Shown in pieces: positions 13,365 to 26,170 of a stretch of DNA of 64,000 nt. The stretch is from the human T2T-CHM13v2.0 reference genome, Homo sapiens. The first letter of the stretch is position 1; every line of letters starts with the position of its first letter. The stretch lies in the NCBI RefSeq assembly GCF_009914755.1, contig NC_060927.1, one strand, 5' to 3'. A program made the translations under genes and the position numbers. A model generated the notes under the pieces. It saw only the letters and a program-made list of their open reading frames with translations. It made no database searches and was not told where the DNA came from.

Positions 13365-14000
13365 ATCTAGGTTTTAATTCCTCTAACTACTACAAGTATT
13401 CTATAATAAGCATAAATAATAATTTTACTTCATTCTCTTATCAGCAGGCAAATAGATTGTTTCTAATTCTTTACCATATCAACTAGCCCTCCAAATTCCT
13501 GTTTTTATGCATCCTCACTAATACTTATTATGATCTTTCTTGTTGCTTTTGGTCAACTTGGTGGTTATAGAGCAGTGTTTCTTATTTAAATATTCATGTC
13601 TCAGAATACTGAGAGTGTACATATTAGCCATTCAAAGTTCCCCTTTCGTAAACTGCCCATTTATATCTTTGCTTATTAAAAATTTTGAATTCACATCTTT
13701 TATTTACCAATTAGTAGAAGTAAAAAGATATATTCCCAGTATAAATCTCTTGTCCACTGTTAGACGTAATTTTTCAGCTATTATACGTATCTCCAATATT
13801 TTCTTAGCTTGTACTTTGTTCATTTTTCCCATAGTTTATTTCATTGAACACAAATCTTTAATTATAATTAAATTCCTTAAATTTTACCTTTATTATTTCA
13901 AGAAATTCTACCCTAGTAAGAAATTGTGAAGAAATTTCATCTTTTCTACTCTTGGTTTATAGTTTCGCCTTCCGTATTTGGATCTTCAGTCCATCATGAA
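13365..14000 (-). mobile_element. Old L1M (L1ME-like) fragment
   Basis: T-rich degenerate L1 3' region (TAGCCATTC...AACTGCCCATTTATATCTTTGC...TTCATTGAACACAAATCTTTAAT). Confidence 0.7.
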
Positions 14001-14016
14001 GCCCTATAGCACTTAG

Positions 14017-14210
14017 AGCAGCAGATGGTTGCCAACATCCTAGGCTTAGGTACTTGCCACTTGAGAATCTGAACAAAACTGAAGACTTTCTTACTGAAAG
14101 AATGTATGTGCATAAAATACTATATATATAATTTCAGGCTGTTCCCAGACCTCTACTGCAAGCCCTTTCATGTATCCTTATGCAGTCCACAGAATCCAGG
14201 CGCAGGATCC
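14017..14210. mobile_element. MER117-like hAT MITE
   Basis: TTGAGAATCTGAACAAAACT...ATAATTTCAGGCTGTTCCCAGACC resembles the MER117 consensus. Confidence 0.6.
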
Positions 14211-14486
14211 CCGAGTCTCACAGATTCTACTCTCTATTCAAAAACTTCATTGTATTTTTCATGGCTTTGCTCACCATCTTTTTCTGGGTTATCTCATATT
14301 CTCAACTAGTTTATGAGCTCCTTACGGACAGAGACCTAGATCCAGGCATCTCCAAGATTTTTCATGGCACCTGAGAGCTGGGAGTGCTCAATAAATACGC
14401 CCCTTAGCAAGTGATATTCCAGAAATCAGACTCAGAGAAGAGAATGTGGTGTAAGGCCCAGGGGATTACTCTAAAGAGGCCTCCAT

Positions 14487-14782
14487 TAATTCATGCATTC
14501 AATCAACAGTCATTGAGCTTGTCCACTGTTTCAGGTCCTGGGCTACATGGAAGATAATCAAGGGAAAGGCCACAGTTTGTGTCCTCAGAGGGTTCCTATT
14601 CTAGAGGGGACAGCAAAGGAGAAGTAATTATAACACGGGGCATCAATGCTCTGCTAAAGTAAGGAAGTAGGGAGCTTCTGGTCTGCATAACAGGAGGGTA
14701 CCTAATGGGGCCTTTGAGGTAGGGGAAGGGTGGGCCTCTCAGCAGGAGTCATGTTTAGGCGGAGACTCACAAAAATGCATAG
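14487..14782 (-). mobile_element. L2 3' end (host of the MER57 insertion)
   Basis: ATTCATGCATTCAATCAACAGTCATTGAGC...GTCCTCAGAGGGTTCCTATTCTAG. Confidence 0.75.
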
Positions 14783-15002
14783 TGTTAAAAAAATTAAATT
14801 TAGCCTGAGGCTGTCTCCGTAATTTGAGTCCCTACCTAAGGAACTGCAGCCTAACCTAACTTAGTCTATTAAACACACCGAAAGCCTAATTTAGGATGCT
14901 TTTTTTTTTTTTTTTTTTGTAACAGCAGCTGAGCTTCAGCCAATCACAGGCTGCCAACTGATCAGACCATGACCAAATAAGGTGAACACCTAGACATAAC
15001 TT

Positions 15003-15133
15003 AAGGAGGAGGCAGGATTTGACTGAGGAGGCAGGGCTCGGACACCAGATCAAATCAAAGACTACCTAGAACAGGGACAGAGTGGAAGTACATTTCCGTA
15101 AGATATGCCCACCACTGGTGCCATGCCACTTTA
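15003..15133 (+). mobile_element. MER41-family (C/D/E-like) LTR 5' fragment
   Basis: GGAGGCAGGGCTCGGACACCAGATCAAAT..AGATATGCCCACCACTGGTGCCATG. Confidence 0.75.
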
Positions 15134-15571
15134 TCTCTCCAGCACTTAATAGATTCTACCTGAACCCCTCACCCTCAACTGCTATTAACTGAACCTGGAA
15201 ATCTGAGTATCTATATCTGTAGTGCATTAATGATTCTATATTTTGCACCCACTGTGTATTAATGACACAAAAGTGGAGGTTTCCCTTCAATGCTTTGATC
15301 CAACTCTAAGCTGCCAAGTCCCCAAGGCTGTAACAGTGTATACAGGATTCTACTTGTGAGCAAGGAAACAAACCATATATGGTGACTTCTCTCAGATAAC
15401 AACATACAGGAAAAAAATAAAACAAACAAACAAAACAACTGCCTAATCTGGGAAGGTAGGAGTACTGACCCACTCTGTGAAACAAAGATTGGTTGGGTAT
15501 CTCCATTGGAACAGGGCAAGAATATCTCTACAGACCCAATTTGGCAGCAATGGATAGATATCAGATGTTGT

Positions 15572-15995
15572 GGAGCCTCTATTTGCACCCCAACTGGACT
15601 AATTTTTGTTTGTGGCCATTAATGGGGAAAAGTCATACCCCATATTCACTCTTGACTACCCCATGAGCCACTTGTTTTTAGGAGTGGCTTTCCCTTGTAT
15701 ATAAAAAACTTGGAACAGAGGTGAATGTAGGATGGCCACTCTTGCTTCTCTAGGGGTCACAGTCTATAATCCCATAAGAACCAAGAACACCAGAAATAAA
15801 CAAGCAACAGCATTAATTCTAGCAGGAATCAGAGCAGCAATAGAACGAGTGGCATCCTGGGGCAGCTTTGCCTATCACGAGTACACCCTGAAAAACTAGA
15901 CTCAAACTCTAGAATCCCTAGCCACCAACACAGGTCATGTACTAAAGGGAATCCTAGAGTCCTTAGAATCTTTGGCAAATGTACTTCTTGGTAAC
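15572..15995 (+). pseudogene. Degraded gamma-type ERV env fragment (SU C-terminus / TM N-terminus), EnvV-like
   Basis: Translates CTPTGLIFVCG (15572 frame) then, from 15681, GVAFPCI*KTWNRGECRMATLASLGVTVYNPIRTKNTRNKQ|ATALILAGIRAAIERVASWGSFAYHEYTLKN*TQTLESLATNTGHVLKGILESLESLANVLLGN; contains stops and a frameshift. Confidence 0.85.
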
Positions 15996-16317
15996 TCATT
16001 CTGAGGGCTGCCCGATTAGTTGACTGCTCTTTGGTCAAACTCTGTTAAATTAAACTTGTCTACAGTTTTTCTTTTACCAGTAGGCAGCTCATCTGAAAAC
16101 AGTAGGAGGGAAAAGAGGGAATCCTAGAAATCGATCTGTCATAAACATTGTGAACTGGCTAGAGTGCTCCTGCCTTTTCCTGGGAATCAGAAAGTAGCAG
16201 CCAGACAGGAAACCAAACCACCTGATCTTTTACAAACAGGAATCAGATCACTGTACTGCCACATTTAAAGCCACCAGGGGCATCCCATCTAGGATGGGAT
16301 GGGAAAAAGTATGTCTA

Positions 16318-16403
16318 AAATATATATACATAGTGTATATAAATATATATTATATATAATATAAATAGTATATAAAATATATAAGTATATATTACACATA
16401 TAA
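16318..16403. repeat. (TA)-rich low-complexity tract
   Basis: Degenerate TATATA repeats. Confidence 0.85.
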
Positions 16404-16404
16404 T

Positions 16405-16520
16405 TTTTTCTTAGTATAAGTATGTCCCGCGTAATATTTGCAATGTAACTTACACTAACAAAGTATGTGTTATTTATCAGAAAGTCAAATTTATGGCAGT
16501 TAAACCTGCCAGCCCAAAGC
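16405..16520. mobile_element. MER53 hAT MITE (part)
   Basis: AGTATAAGTATGTCCCGCGTAATATTTG...TTATTTATCAGAAAGTCAAATTTA. Confidence 0.7.
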
Positions 16521-16599
16521 ACTTAAAATATAAAATTACACTTAAAATAGAGTCTTCAGTATTATATTTTCTCTGGCTTTCATCTTAGTGTGAGCTCTG

Positions 16600-17005
16600 C
16601 ATTGTTCCCCATGCTTCAGGCATGCTGACCAGTGAGAATGAGAATAAGAATGCCAAGCTCCATCCCATCTTAGCACCTTGGCTTCTGTATCTTCTTTCCA
16701 TTTAGAATGTGTTTTCCCTCTTTCTTAGCGTGGTTGGTTTCTTCTCTTCTTTCAAATACCAGTTTAGATGTCACCTCCATAGAGAGGCCTTCCCTAACCA
16801 CACCACCTAAAGTAGGCTATCCCAATTATTTTCTCTCTAGATACATATATATATGTCAGTCCATAAACATTTTATTCTTTCACTTCTAAACTGTTGCCCT
16901 CACCATTATGTCAGAGACTTCTGCCTTTTGCATCTTTGTGTCCCTAGCCCTTAGCAAAATGTCTGTCACATACGAGATACTCAACAAATTTTTATCATAT
17001 AATGG
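16600..17005 (+). mobile_element. L2a 3' end
   Basis: GTCACCTCCATAGAGAGGCCTTCCCTAACCAC...CACATACGAGATACTCAACAAAT. Confidence 0.8.
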
Positions 17006-19171
17006 AAATCTTAAGTTAGTATTTTCTCTGGTGCTTCCAAGACATGCATTTTGCCTAGACATGTTATTGTTCGTCATGTGAACTGGCTATGGCAAAACAC
17101 ATTGCCTTCAGAGAGAAAGAGCCACACAAGTTGGAAAGGAAAGGTCACAAGGATGAAAGAACTCTATCAACATTAATGCCTTATAAAAAAATCTCTTAAG
17201 AGATACCAAAAGATGGAAAGAAATTGAGTCTATCATTTGAAGACATCCCCCACCCCCGCTTTTTTGCTTTCCTGCAAGTCATATCTGAGTCATACCTAAG
17301 GCACTTTGGCTGTGCCTCCTTGTGGTCCTCTCCATTTCTTACTACTTCATCTCATCACTTTACCACCTTCAAAGAGTCCTTTCCTCATATAACCTCACAT
17401 GATGTTCACAGGATTAAAAAACTCCAAACGTTCAATAGAGAAACAACATTTTCTTAAAAATATACAGACAGACATATGCGAATTCTTTCAACATGCTTAT
17501 AAATCTATCCACAACCCTACTCAGAGTATGCTTCAAATGTAAATCAGAAGCCATATATATTGTATTCTTCCAAGTGATTACTCTGGAAAAGAAAAATCAC
17601 ACATATTTATTGAGAGGAGAACAAATTTAATAATTTTGCTCAATCATCAAAAACATTTCTAAATATGAGCTATGATAGGAAAAAAATCAGTTTAACTTTA
17701 CATATGAATTATTTTCCTGTTTTAATCATAGAATTTTTTAAAGTTTTGGATTAGATTCAAATTTCTTCAGAGAACTAAATGATAAGTTTGCAAACAATTA
17801 CTGGAAAGAAATAAGGACAGGTGAGAGCAAAAGAAAGAAAAACGGTTACAGAGTGTAAAACTATTTTCAAGCACAAAGTTAAAAACTTCTAATACAGAAC
17901 CTGGAAAACACTTTATGTGTGTGAGATAAATGAAAGCGTTGAGGTCAGATTAGAAAAACAAAACAAAACAAAACATAGCTTCTACTGACAAATGTAAATG
18001 CACCCTGTGATCCTGTTGCCAATGAAGTGGCATTGCTCTGATGTACCACTCCCATCCCAACCCAAGCACACACTTGTCAATGAGCACCAGGGTTTTCAAA
18101 TTATCCAGAACTCTATCATAATGATGGAGCTAGGAAGTTCTTTCAGCCTCTTAACAGCAGCGCATTATTTTCCCTATAGATAATACTGAGAACATGGCAA
18201 CACTTCTGCCTGATCTGCTTATTAATAATACCCAACACAGCATTTATTAGATAGAGAACTACTAGATGTTAGGTGCTGGGTTAAGCACAGGAAAAGAATC
18301 AACAAATTCTACATCATTTTCTTTGTTGTGTTGGTGGTGGTGGTTACTGTTGTTTATACCTTCAGATCTCTTTCTACACTAAATTTTTGGGTAGAAATGT
18401 TTAAATATCATCCTTAGCCTCCGCAATAATAATAGCATTTCATCACTATCACTGGTGAGAAATTTGTGTTTTATTTTTGTTTACATTTTACATTAAGAAA
18501 TTAATGAAGTGGGAATGGCTACCTTTGCTGTATACTCCAAACTCCCACTGATCTGTGTGTGGGTTGCGTGTTTGTCTAGAGAGGACAGTTGCCCAACACA
18601 GGAAAAAAAATACCCTGTCATTATATGATTTTTCACAGAACTAAAAAGAAATAAACTACCCCCATTCCAAAGCGTGGCCTCCTATCTTTTTGCTACACCT
18701 CATATACTTTTCTCACATGGCAAGAAGGGTACCCTTGACTGCTCAGTGCCTCTCCCTCCTCTTGATGCTGAGATGCTCCAAAACACCACTGGGGTTCTTC
18801 AGGAGGGATTTCATTGTCAACTCCAGCTTGCAGTACAGGGAAGTGACATCTAGAGTGGGCCTCTTTTTGTCACTTTCCCCATACTACCACACACATAAAA
18901 ATGCCTGTCAAACACTGTCCTACATACATGGATGAGAAAAAGAAATAAGCACTCTACTATGAAAGACTCTAACTAGAAAAAGCAAGGAGATGCCAACTGA
19001 CAAATGTATGGTGATGGACTTTCTTTTTTTTTTTTTTTCCAATTCTCAGATTTATTTCTGAGGCTCTCAGCCAATTTCTGTGTCATAAAGATGGTGCAGT
19101 TCAGAGCTTAATTGCTTTAGCACTTGCACCAAGAAAAACTGTATTGCAAACAATGAAGAAAGAAGAGAGGA

Positions 19172-19400
19172 AACCAACATTTTCTAGGCACTGGCCACGT
19201 GGCAACCAGTGTACAAGGCATTTAGAGAAAGCTTTTTGATTCCATTCAATCCTGGAAACCAACATGTTGAAGGGCCAGATTTTTCACCATTTTATAGGGA
19301 TGCAAACTTTAGCTCAGAGAGGTTAAATGACTTGCCAACAGTCACACAACTAGCACTTAGAGGAACGGGAAGGCTAACTCGGAGCTGATGCTGCAGCTTA
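19172..19400 (-). mobile_element. MIR
   Basis: GCTCAGAGAGGTTAAATGACTTGCCAACAGTCACACAACTAG core. Confidence 0.8.
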
Positions 19401-20707
19401 CACTCACTCCCCACTCCCACGCAACACAAACTCTTTCTAGGCAGCTTCGAAGGTACCAAACAAGTGGCTCCTAAGGACTCAGTAAACATTCCTGTCAGCT
19501 GGCCAAGATGAATATTTTGGATAATGTCCAGACACGTGAAATACCAGCTTTAAGTTGTGGAAGTGCTTCAGGCACAACCAAGTCTCATTTACGTCCTTTA
19601 AAAAATAGTCATGACCTGCCCCCTTCACACACTGTCATTCTTCTGGAAGGTATCTGAGAGCACAGCTCTGCAAATGCCAAGAGCATTATGCAGTTTCCAT
19701 ACATAGGGCTTCCTGAGTCAGGTTTGGCAGGGCAGGGGTTCAGTGTACAATATTTCTGCCTTATTTCTTTAAGTTTCTCTTGGCTACAGCTCTTAAGAGA
19801 CACACAGAGGGAATGGATTCTGTAGAAGATTTCTCCCAGAAATTTTGGTGTAGATTAGAAAGCTTGGTTTGCTTCTGGTTCTATTACTTGAGATTTATTT
19901 GGAACTAAAAGGTTTTCTGCCTGAGAGTAACCATTTAATATATTGGGGAGGGGGGAAGAATAAAATGCTCCTTTTGTTTTGCTATTTGCACCACCCTGTC
20001 CCGATTCTATTGTTTGCAGTAAGTTTTGTAAGAGAAACTCTTCTGCACTCCTTATTGTGTTACAAGTTTAGATGTACCCAAACCATCAGCAGTTAGATTC
20101 CAAGTATACGCTTTTGATTGATTCAAGTGCATTACCCGGGAGGGTGTGTGCTTTGCTCTGTTGTTCTTCCAGCCAACTCCCTTGCCAGCTGCTGAAATGA
20201 TGCCACCACCGGTCTCCATGTCATGCAGATTTTACACCCTGATACCAGGAAAGCAGAAGCATTTCTCAAAAGACTTTTTGCTGGCTTGGCAGGAAAACAG
20301 AAATTGCTTTTTATCAAAATGAAAAAGGTTTTCTTCATGGGAAACAGCAAAAGCAGTTTGAAAGAGGGGCCAATACTTTTATCCTAGATAAGGTGTTTTC
20401 AGCAGAGCAGACAGAAAAACATGTTTTCCTTCCTTTCATGACATCAATCAGATCCCCAAAGCCAGCTACCTTTATTCACAGAACAGATGGAGCGGTAATG
20501 GTCCCAGAGGCCACTCTTCCTGGTCTGGGGATCTTGCCATCCCTGCCTGAAAGTTCTCAAATCCAAGCTCTGGGAACTTGGGATGCTTTTTTCTGCCTCT
20601 CCCACACTCCAAGAGGAACACATCCACTATTATGCATGTCTTCATTCTTTGTCCTGGGTGGAACTTCTGGGGGTGGGAGAATGGGTGATAAAGGGGGAAG
20701 TGGGATT

Positions 20708-20930
20708 CACTTTGTGAACACCTACTAGAAGCCAAGCCAGGTACATCCTATGCATTATTTCATATAAACCTTACCACAAAACTTTGAGTGGTATTATTAT
20801 GTCCATATGACAGACGCCAAAGAAGTAGACTAGGGGAGTTAAATGAAATCCCAAAAGTCATATACTAATATGTGGAATACTAGTAAAATCTGGAATGTGA
20901 ACCCTGCCTGGTCTGTTGCTTCAGAGCTTT
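20708..20930 (-). mobile_element. MIR
   Basis: GAACACCTACTAG..CCAGG..GTATTATTATGTCCATATGACAGA. Confidence 0.65.
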
Positions 20931-21135
20931 GATGTGCCACCAACAAACACTTCCATGCCTCTCTGCTTAGAGGCCCAGTTTAAAATGCTATCCTCTGGAT
21001 AAATATGTGGTAGGTCCATACAATGGAATATTACTCAGCCATGAAAATGAAATTCTGACACGTTACAACATGAATGAACCTTGAAAACATAAGCTAAGTG
21101 AAATAAGCCAGTCACAAAGGATGATATTGTGATTC

Positions 21136-21569
21136 TGAAACCAACCCAATAATCCCATAGATAGTTTTTTGGATAGACGTAGAAATTGACCTTTGTGGTC
21201 TTAATGCTTGAAGTTTATATTTGTTTTAACTGAGTTCCTTCCTCAGGAAATGACCTTCAGGCCTCTCGAAAAAAAAAAAAAAGTATTGGCAAACTGAAAC
21301 TCACCAGATCACCACATTTTGACAATGAGATGCTGGACCCCTCATTCTCAGGATTGCTTCCTTGCCTCTCCCTAGTTCCTGTTTTCTTATACATTATTAC
21401 ATTTCTTCCTGGCTATATAAACCCCTGGTTTTACATAGTCTGGTTTTGGTCAGGGAAATGGATTTGAGACTGAACTCCCTTCTTCTTGGCAATACTCATC
21501 ATCTCAGTGACTGGTTTTCTGCACGGCAAACAGCAGGACCTAGACCGAACCCCTAGTGTTTTGGTAACA
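21136..21569 (+). mobile_element. LTR47A-like solo LTR
   Basis: TGAAACCAACCCAATAATCCCATAG...GACCTAGACCGAACCCCTAGTGTTTTGGTAACA; TG..CA termini; TSD ATTC. Confidence 0.85.
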
Positions 21570-21702
21570 ATTCCACTTCTGTGAGGTACCTAGAATAGGC
21601 AAGCTTACAGAGACAGAAAAGTAGAACACAGATTACCAGGGGCTGGGGGAGGGAGAAAGTAGTCCGGGGAATAGGGAGTTATTGTATAATGAGTACAGAG
21701 TT

Positions 21703-22002
21703 GTGTTTTTTTTTTTTTTTTTTTTTTTTTTTTGAGACAGAGTCTCGCTCTGTCACCAGGCTGGAGTGCAGTGGCTCGACTCGATCTCGGCTCACTGCAA
21801 TCTCCGCCTCCTGGGTTCAAGCAATTCTCCTGCCTCAGCCTCCTGAGTAGCTGGGATTACATGCCCAGCTAATTTTTGTATTTTTAGTAGAGATGGGGTT
21901 TCACCATGTTGGGCAGGATGGTCTGGATCTCTTGACCTCATGATCTGCCCGCCTCAGCCTCCCACACTGTTGGGATTACAGGCGTGAGCCACCGTGCTGA
22001 CC
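21703..22002 (-). mobile_element. AluSc
   Basis: Sc diagnostics; ~14-bp internal deletion; TSD G(A/T)GTACAGAGTT (21691-21702 / 22003-22014). Confidence 0.96.
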
Positions 22003-22596
22003 GTGTACAGAGTTTCTATTTGAGATGACAGAAACTTCTGGAGTTGGATAGTGTGATGACTGCACAACATTGTGAATGTACTCAGTACCACTGAATGACA
22101 CAGTTAGAAATGGTTAACATGCTAAATTTTATGTTATGTGTAGTTTGCCATCACACAAAAATGTTCCCTGCTTTTCCCTTTGAAAGATGCCACATCTGCC
22201 CTGATTCCAAAGCTCTTTCTTAGAATTGACTCCCACTAGCTGTAAAGTGACACAAAAGATGATCTACTCCAGGCATGCCAACTCAAATCCACTGATAGTG
22301 ACAGCTAGCAACACTGTGTTAAGAAAGATTATGAGGATGTTTTCAGGGCCAAAAAAGATAAATAACATGATCGATTTGTAAAAATCCCCTCACAATGAGA
22401 CATCGAAATGTTGGATAAAATACAACAAAATATTAATTGTTCTGGGAAATGTGAATTGGGAAACACAGACCAAGTGGCAAAAGCTTGGGCAGAGAGTCAT
22501 GGTATTCAGAGGCCATGATGGTCAAATACAGGTTGATCTTCTAAAAACATAGGAACCGAGTGAGTAAGAAAATCAAGGCAACTAAAACGAAGAAAA

Positions 22597-23293
22597 TGTT
22601 ACAGTAGGTAGGTAGTCAGGCGTGATGGGGCAGGAGAGGGCCCTCCCAACACCCCCACCAGGAAAGCCACGCTACCATCAGGTGATGGTCAGGTGGTTTT
22701 TAACTCTCTTTAAAATAATAATTTGTCACAGCCAGCACCAGGGAAAGACCGTCTTCCTATATTGATAGGAAACACCTGTAACTGGTAATCAGCAGTTTTC
22801 AGGAGTTGGGCGAGTGAGCACAAGCATGCGCATTAAGAGACAAAATGGCAGAATATGGTTTTCTGGGGCATTCCACTGGAAAAGGGAAGAAAGCCTCAGG
22901 TGGGCATACATACAACTTCTTAAACACACTCACATGCTCACCTCCCACATGTTAGCAGGCCACACACATGTGGGTGGCCCACCTTAAGAGAAGAACCATG
23001 GGAAAAGGGACACAAGGCCCAGAAGTACAACAACATATAAAACCCACGTCAAAAGGTCAAACGTTACATGTGACCTTCACAGTGCCTGCTTGGGTCTCTT
23101 CCAGATATACTTTCCTTTCTTTCCTGTGCTAAAGCTTTTTAATAAACTTCCACTCCTGCTCTAAAACTTGTCTCAGTCTCTTTTCCTGCCTTATGCCCCT
23201 CAGCTGAATTCTTTCTCAGGAGGCAAGAACTGAGGTTGCTGCAGGCCCATATCGATTAGCCGCCAGTAACCCAAATATTCATTGCCCCCAACA
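22597..23293 (+). mobile_element. MER50 solo LTR (ERV1)
   Basis: TGTTACAGTAGGTAG..AGTCAGGC..CCATCAGGTGATGGTCAGG..AGCATGCGCATTAAGAG; TATA-like ~23036, AATAAA 23141; TG..CA termini. Confidence 0.9.
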
Positions 23294-25944
23294 AAAAGAG
23301 CAGAGGTTTTCTGTGCCTACGAGGTTCATGAATGAGGGCTGCCTAGAGCTCCCCCCATTCTTGTTGGGTCTCCCCTTCTAGTACAAGACTCCTTGTAGCT
23401 TTGCAATAAGTTTACCTTTTCCTTATAAAACTTTACTAGCTATTCTTCAAATCGACAATGGTTTGACTTCAACAGGTCTTCATGGGGTGATCACATCATG
23501 TGTCATCCATAGAGGGTAATTTGAACTTATAAGCATTAACCGTGCTCCATGAGTTGTTGTTTTTTGTTTTGTTTTGTTTTCCTTTTGCTTTGATAAACAA
23601 CATACCCAGATACATGGGGGAAAAATGGTAGTCATCCAATTTCTTCATATTGCCAGACTCACAGCAACAGGAAAGTGACGTTATTAACCCTGGGGAGCCT
23701 CTATAACTTCTTAAACCATAAACAAAAATAAAGAACATAATGGAAGGTATAATTGGTGTTAAAAAAAAAAACCCAAATGTTTTCTGAATTCCATCCTCAT
23801 GTTACACACTCAAAAAGTTTCTCTGTAAAGAAAGAAAATCTTTGACTCAAGAATCAACTTTCTAGCTATCTCAAAACCAAATTATAATGAATTTAGACCG
23901 TAGAATCAATACTGGGGGACTAACTAAGGATCACTAAATCCTGTGTTATTGATTGCTTGGAGAAAACTATCTTTTTAAATATGCATCACATAACAAAGTT
24001 CTTTATTTCTAAGAACTTTCTCCAAATCCTCCCATCACATGGTTTATGTAATGATTAATCCTTTGTATTAACTACTTTATGTGTCAGAAATATTAAAATG
24101 CATATTAACTGTTCCTGGGAAATGGTTCTGCAGTTTCTCCTAAAAGTATACTACCTACTTTGAATAAGTTACATGAAAACTGTGGCACATTTGGGAAGAA
24201 AGCAGCTTAGTAGGAGAAAAATGAGATTTGCAATTATAAGAACTCAATACATGGGTGTCTTAGGCATTTCCAGATTTTAAAAAAGTATAATGACTTTTCT
24301 CCCCCAGTGTGATACCAAAATCAATGGAATGGTTTTGGTTTGTTTTCTACTGGAGTGTACCAGTTAGATTTAATCACAGAGGGAAAAATCTTGTTTTGAT
24401 TTCTCTTATTAATTACTTCTTGGAAAAATGCACTGTAGCATTCTTATTCAGAATTTCAGGAACAAAAACTTTTCACTTTTCAAACTGCAAATGAAGGTGG
24501 GGTAAATGTGTGAAGGAGCTAAGATCTAGATATATTAGAGTTTCTATCTCTGAATCCAGGAAGGACTTTGTTTATAGTGGTGGAAATCAAGCAAGGAGCT
24601 ATTGGTTGGTCCACACAATGCCTAGGTGTTGGCTGTCATGCTCCATTCAGACCCACAATCCCAATGAAACCTGTCACTTTCAAGAGTGCAAATAATAGGA
24701 TGGGGAAAGAGTGTTAGAGTAGGACGTTTTCTAACAAGAGCCCAGTGGATTCCTACCTTTCATCTAATAAATTTCAATGGTTTAAGAGAGCAGATCCATA
24801 GGTGCCACACAGCGAAAGGACCTGTGTAAAAATCACAGTGAGACTCTGGAGTAAGAGATGGAATGTGATGGCCCGAGGCCCTGCCCTCCAACCTTGAGTC
24901 CACAACATACGACCTCTTTAAAAAACTCCCTCCAGAAGCCCTACAGTTTCCTCTCTGGTTTGCGTCTTACTGCTGAAGAGTCTGTTTGTAGAGATGGATA
25001 TCTGACTAAGCTAGCTTTCCTTTTTTATGCTCTTTCCCTCAAGAACCAAGGGTTTTTCACATTCCAAAATAAAATGCAAACTGAGAGCATTTTGTATTTT
25101 TGCATTTCGATTCCCTGTTTTGTCAGTGAGTAATTATAGCAAATAAAATATTGCAGCTGAATGTAAATTGTTAGGCAACCAGATCACAGCAGGATATTTT
25201 TCTTCCACAAGTTTTACATCATAGAGTGTTAAATATTAAAATATTGCAAGTCAAGTAAACAGAGAGGGTTCTTTGCTCAAAACATTAATTTTAAACAAAC
25301 ATTTCACTGTTATTCAGATCGGATGCTAGGAAACAAATGACATTTTCTTTCAAATAAGGTGAATAGATCATATGAAAGGAAAGCAGACAAGGGAATCATA
25401 CAGAAGGAAGGGCATTTATGACACGAGAGATGAATTTCAGCCAGAAGAACAGGAGAGAATTCACATGTAGGAGAGAAAGCAAAAGAAAGAGAAATTGGCA
25501 AAACAACATGGAAAAGAGCAAGAAATGAGAAAGACTGACTTACTGCTAGAAGGGGAAAAAATGAAGATACGTCTCATGTCAGAGTACAGAGACCTGACTC
25601 AAAATAAGGCAGCTGGGGAAGAAATGAAATTCTTTCTAACATCATGAATTTCTGTTTCCTTAGGTTATTACCAGAAAGGTAGAAAGGAGATGAATTTTCA
25701 GACCTCCAAAAGATCACCAATCAATAAAATACCAATCAATAAGCATTGATTGAGTACCTAATGTGTGCTCAACAACCAAGTACAAAATTAGACATGGCCT
25801 TCTTCTGAGGTACCTTACTATGGAGTTGAGATGAGGAGATGCTGAAACAATGAATGAGAGTGGAAATGTATTCTATGCTGTGGAGTGAAGAAAACACACA
25901 GCTCAGGATTCAATGATAATGACAATGAGGGTGGTTGAGAGTAA

Positions 25945-26170
25945 CTGTCGTAACACTCTTATTTTCTAAGCACCTCCTACATTCCAAGTACTGTGCTGGA
26001 TGCTTAATATTTTCATTTCCAACATTTAAAACAATCCATTAAGAATTATCTCCTCTAGTGAAGAAAATAAAGCTTCAAAACTTAAGTTGCTTGTATTACA
26101 CAATGAGTAAATGGTAGGGCCTGAATTTAACCCCAGGTCTCCCAACCCAAAGATCACGATCTTTCTTCTA
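25945..26170 (-). mobile_element. MIR
   Basis: AGCACCTCCTAC..GTACTGTGCTGGATGCTT..GAATTTAACCCCAGGTCT. Confidence 0.65.

Larger units (their letters stand above)
14783..16079 (+). mobile_element. Collapsed ERV1 provirus: MER57-family LTR start (14783-~14998) and LTR end (~15993-16079) around a MER41 fragment and an env remnant
   Basis: TGTTAAA..TTTAGCCTGAGGCTGTCTCC..AGCCAATCACAGG start; GGCTGCCCGATT..CTCTGTTAAATT..TTTTCTTTTACCA end; 4-bp TSD-like ATAG/GTAG. Confidence 0.82.
20996..22160 (+). mobile_element. L1MB 3' end split by an LTR and an Alu
   Basis: CATACAATGGAATATTACTCAGCC...AAGCCAGTCACAAA, then CCACTTCTGTGAGGTACCTAGAATAG and GATGACAGAAACTTCTGGAG...AAATTTTATGTTATG. Confidence 0.88.

Noticed and set aside
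16270-16284. GCCACCAGGGGCATC CTCF-like motif
   Set aside because: One G short in the core, breaking the register
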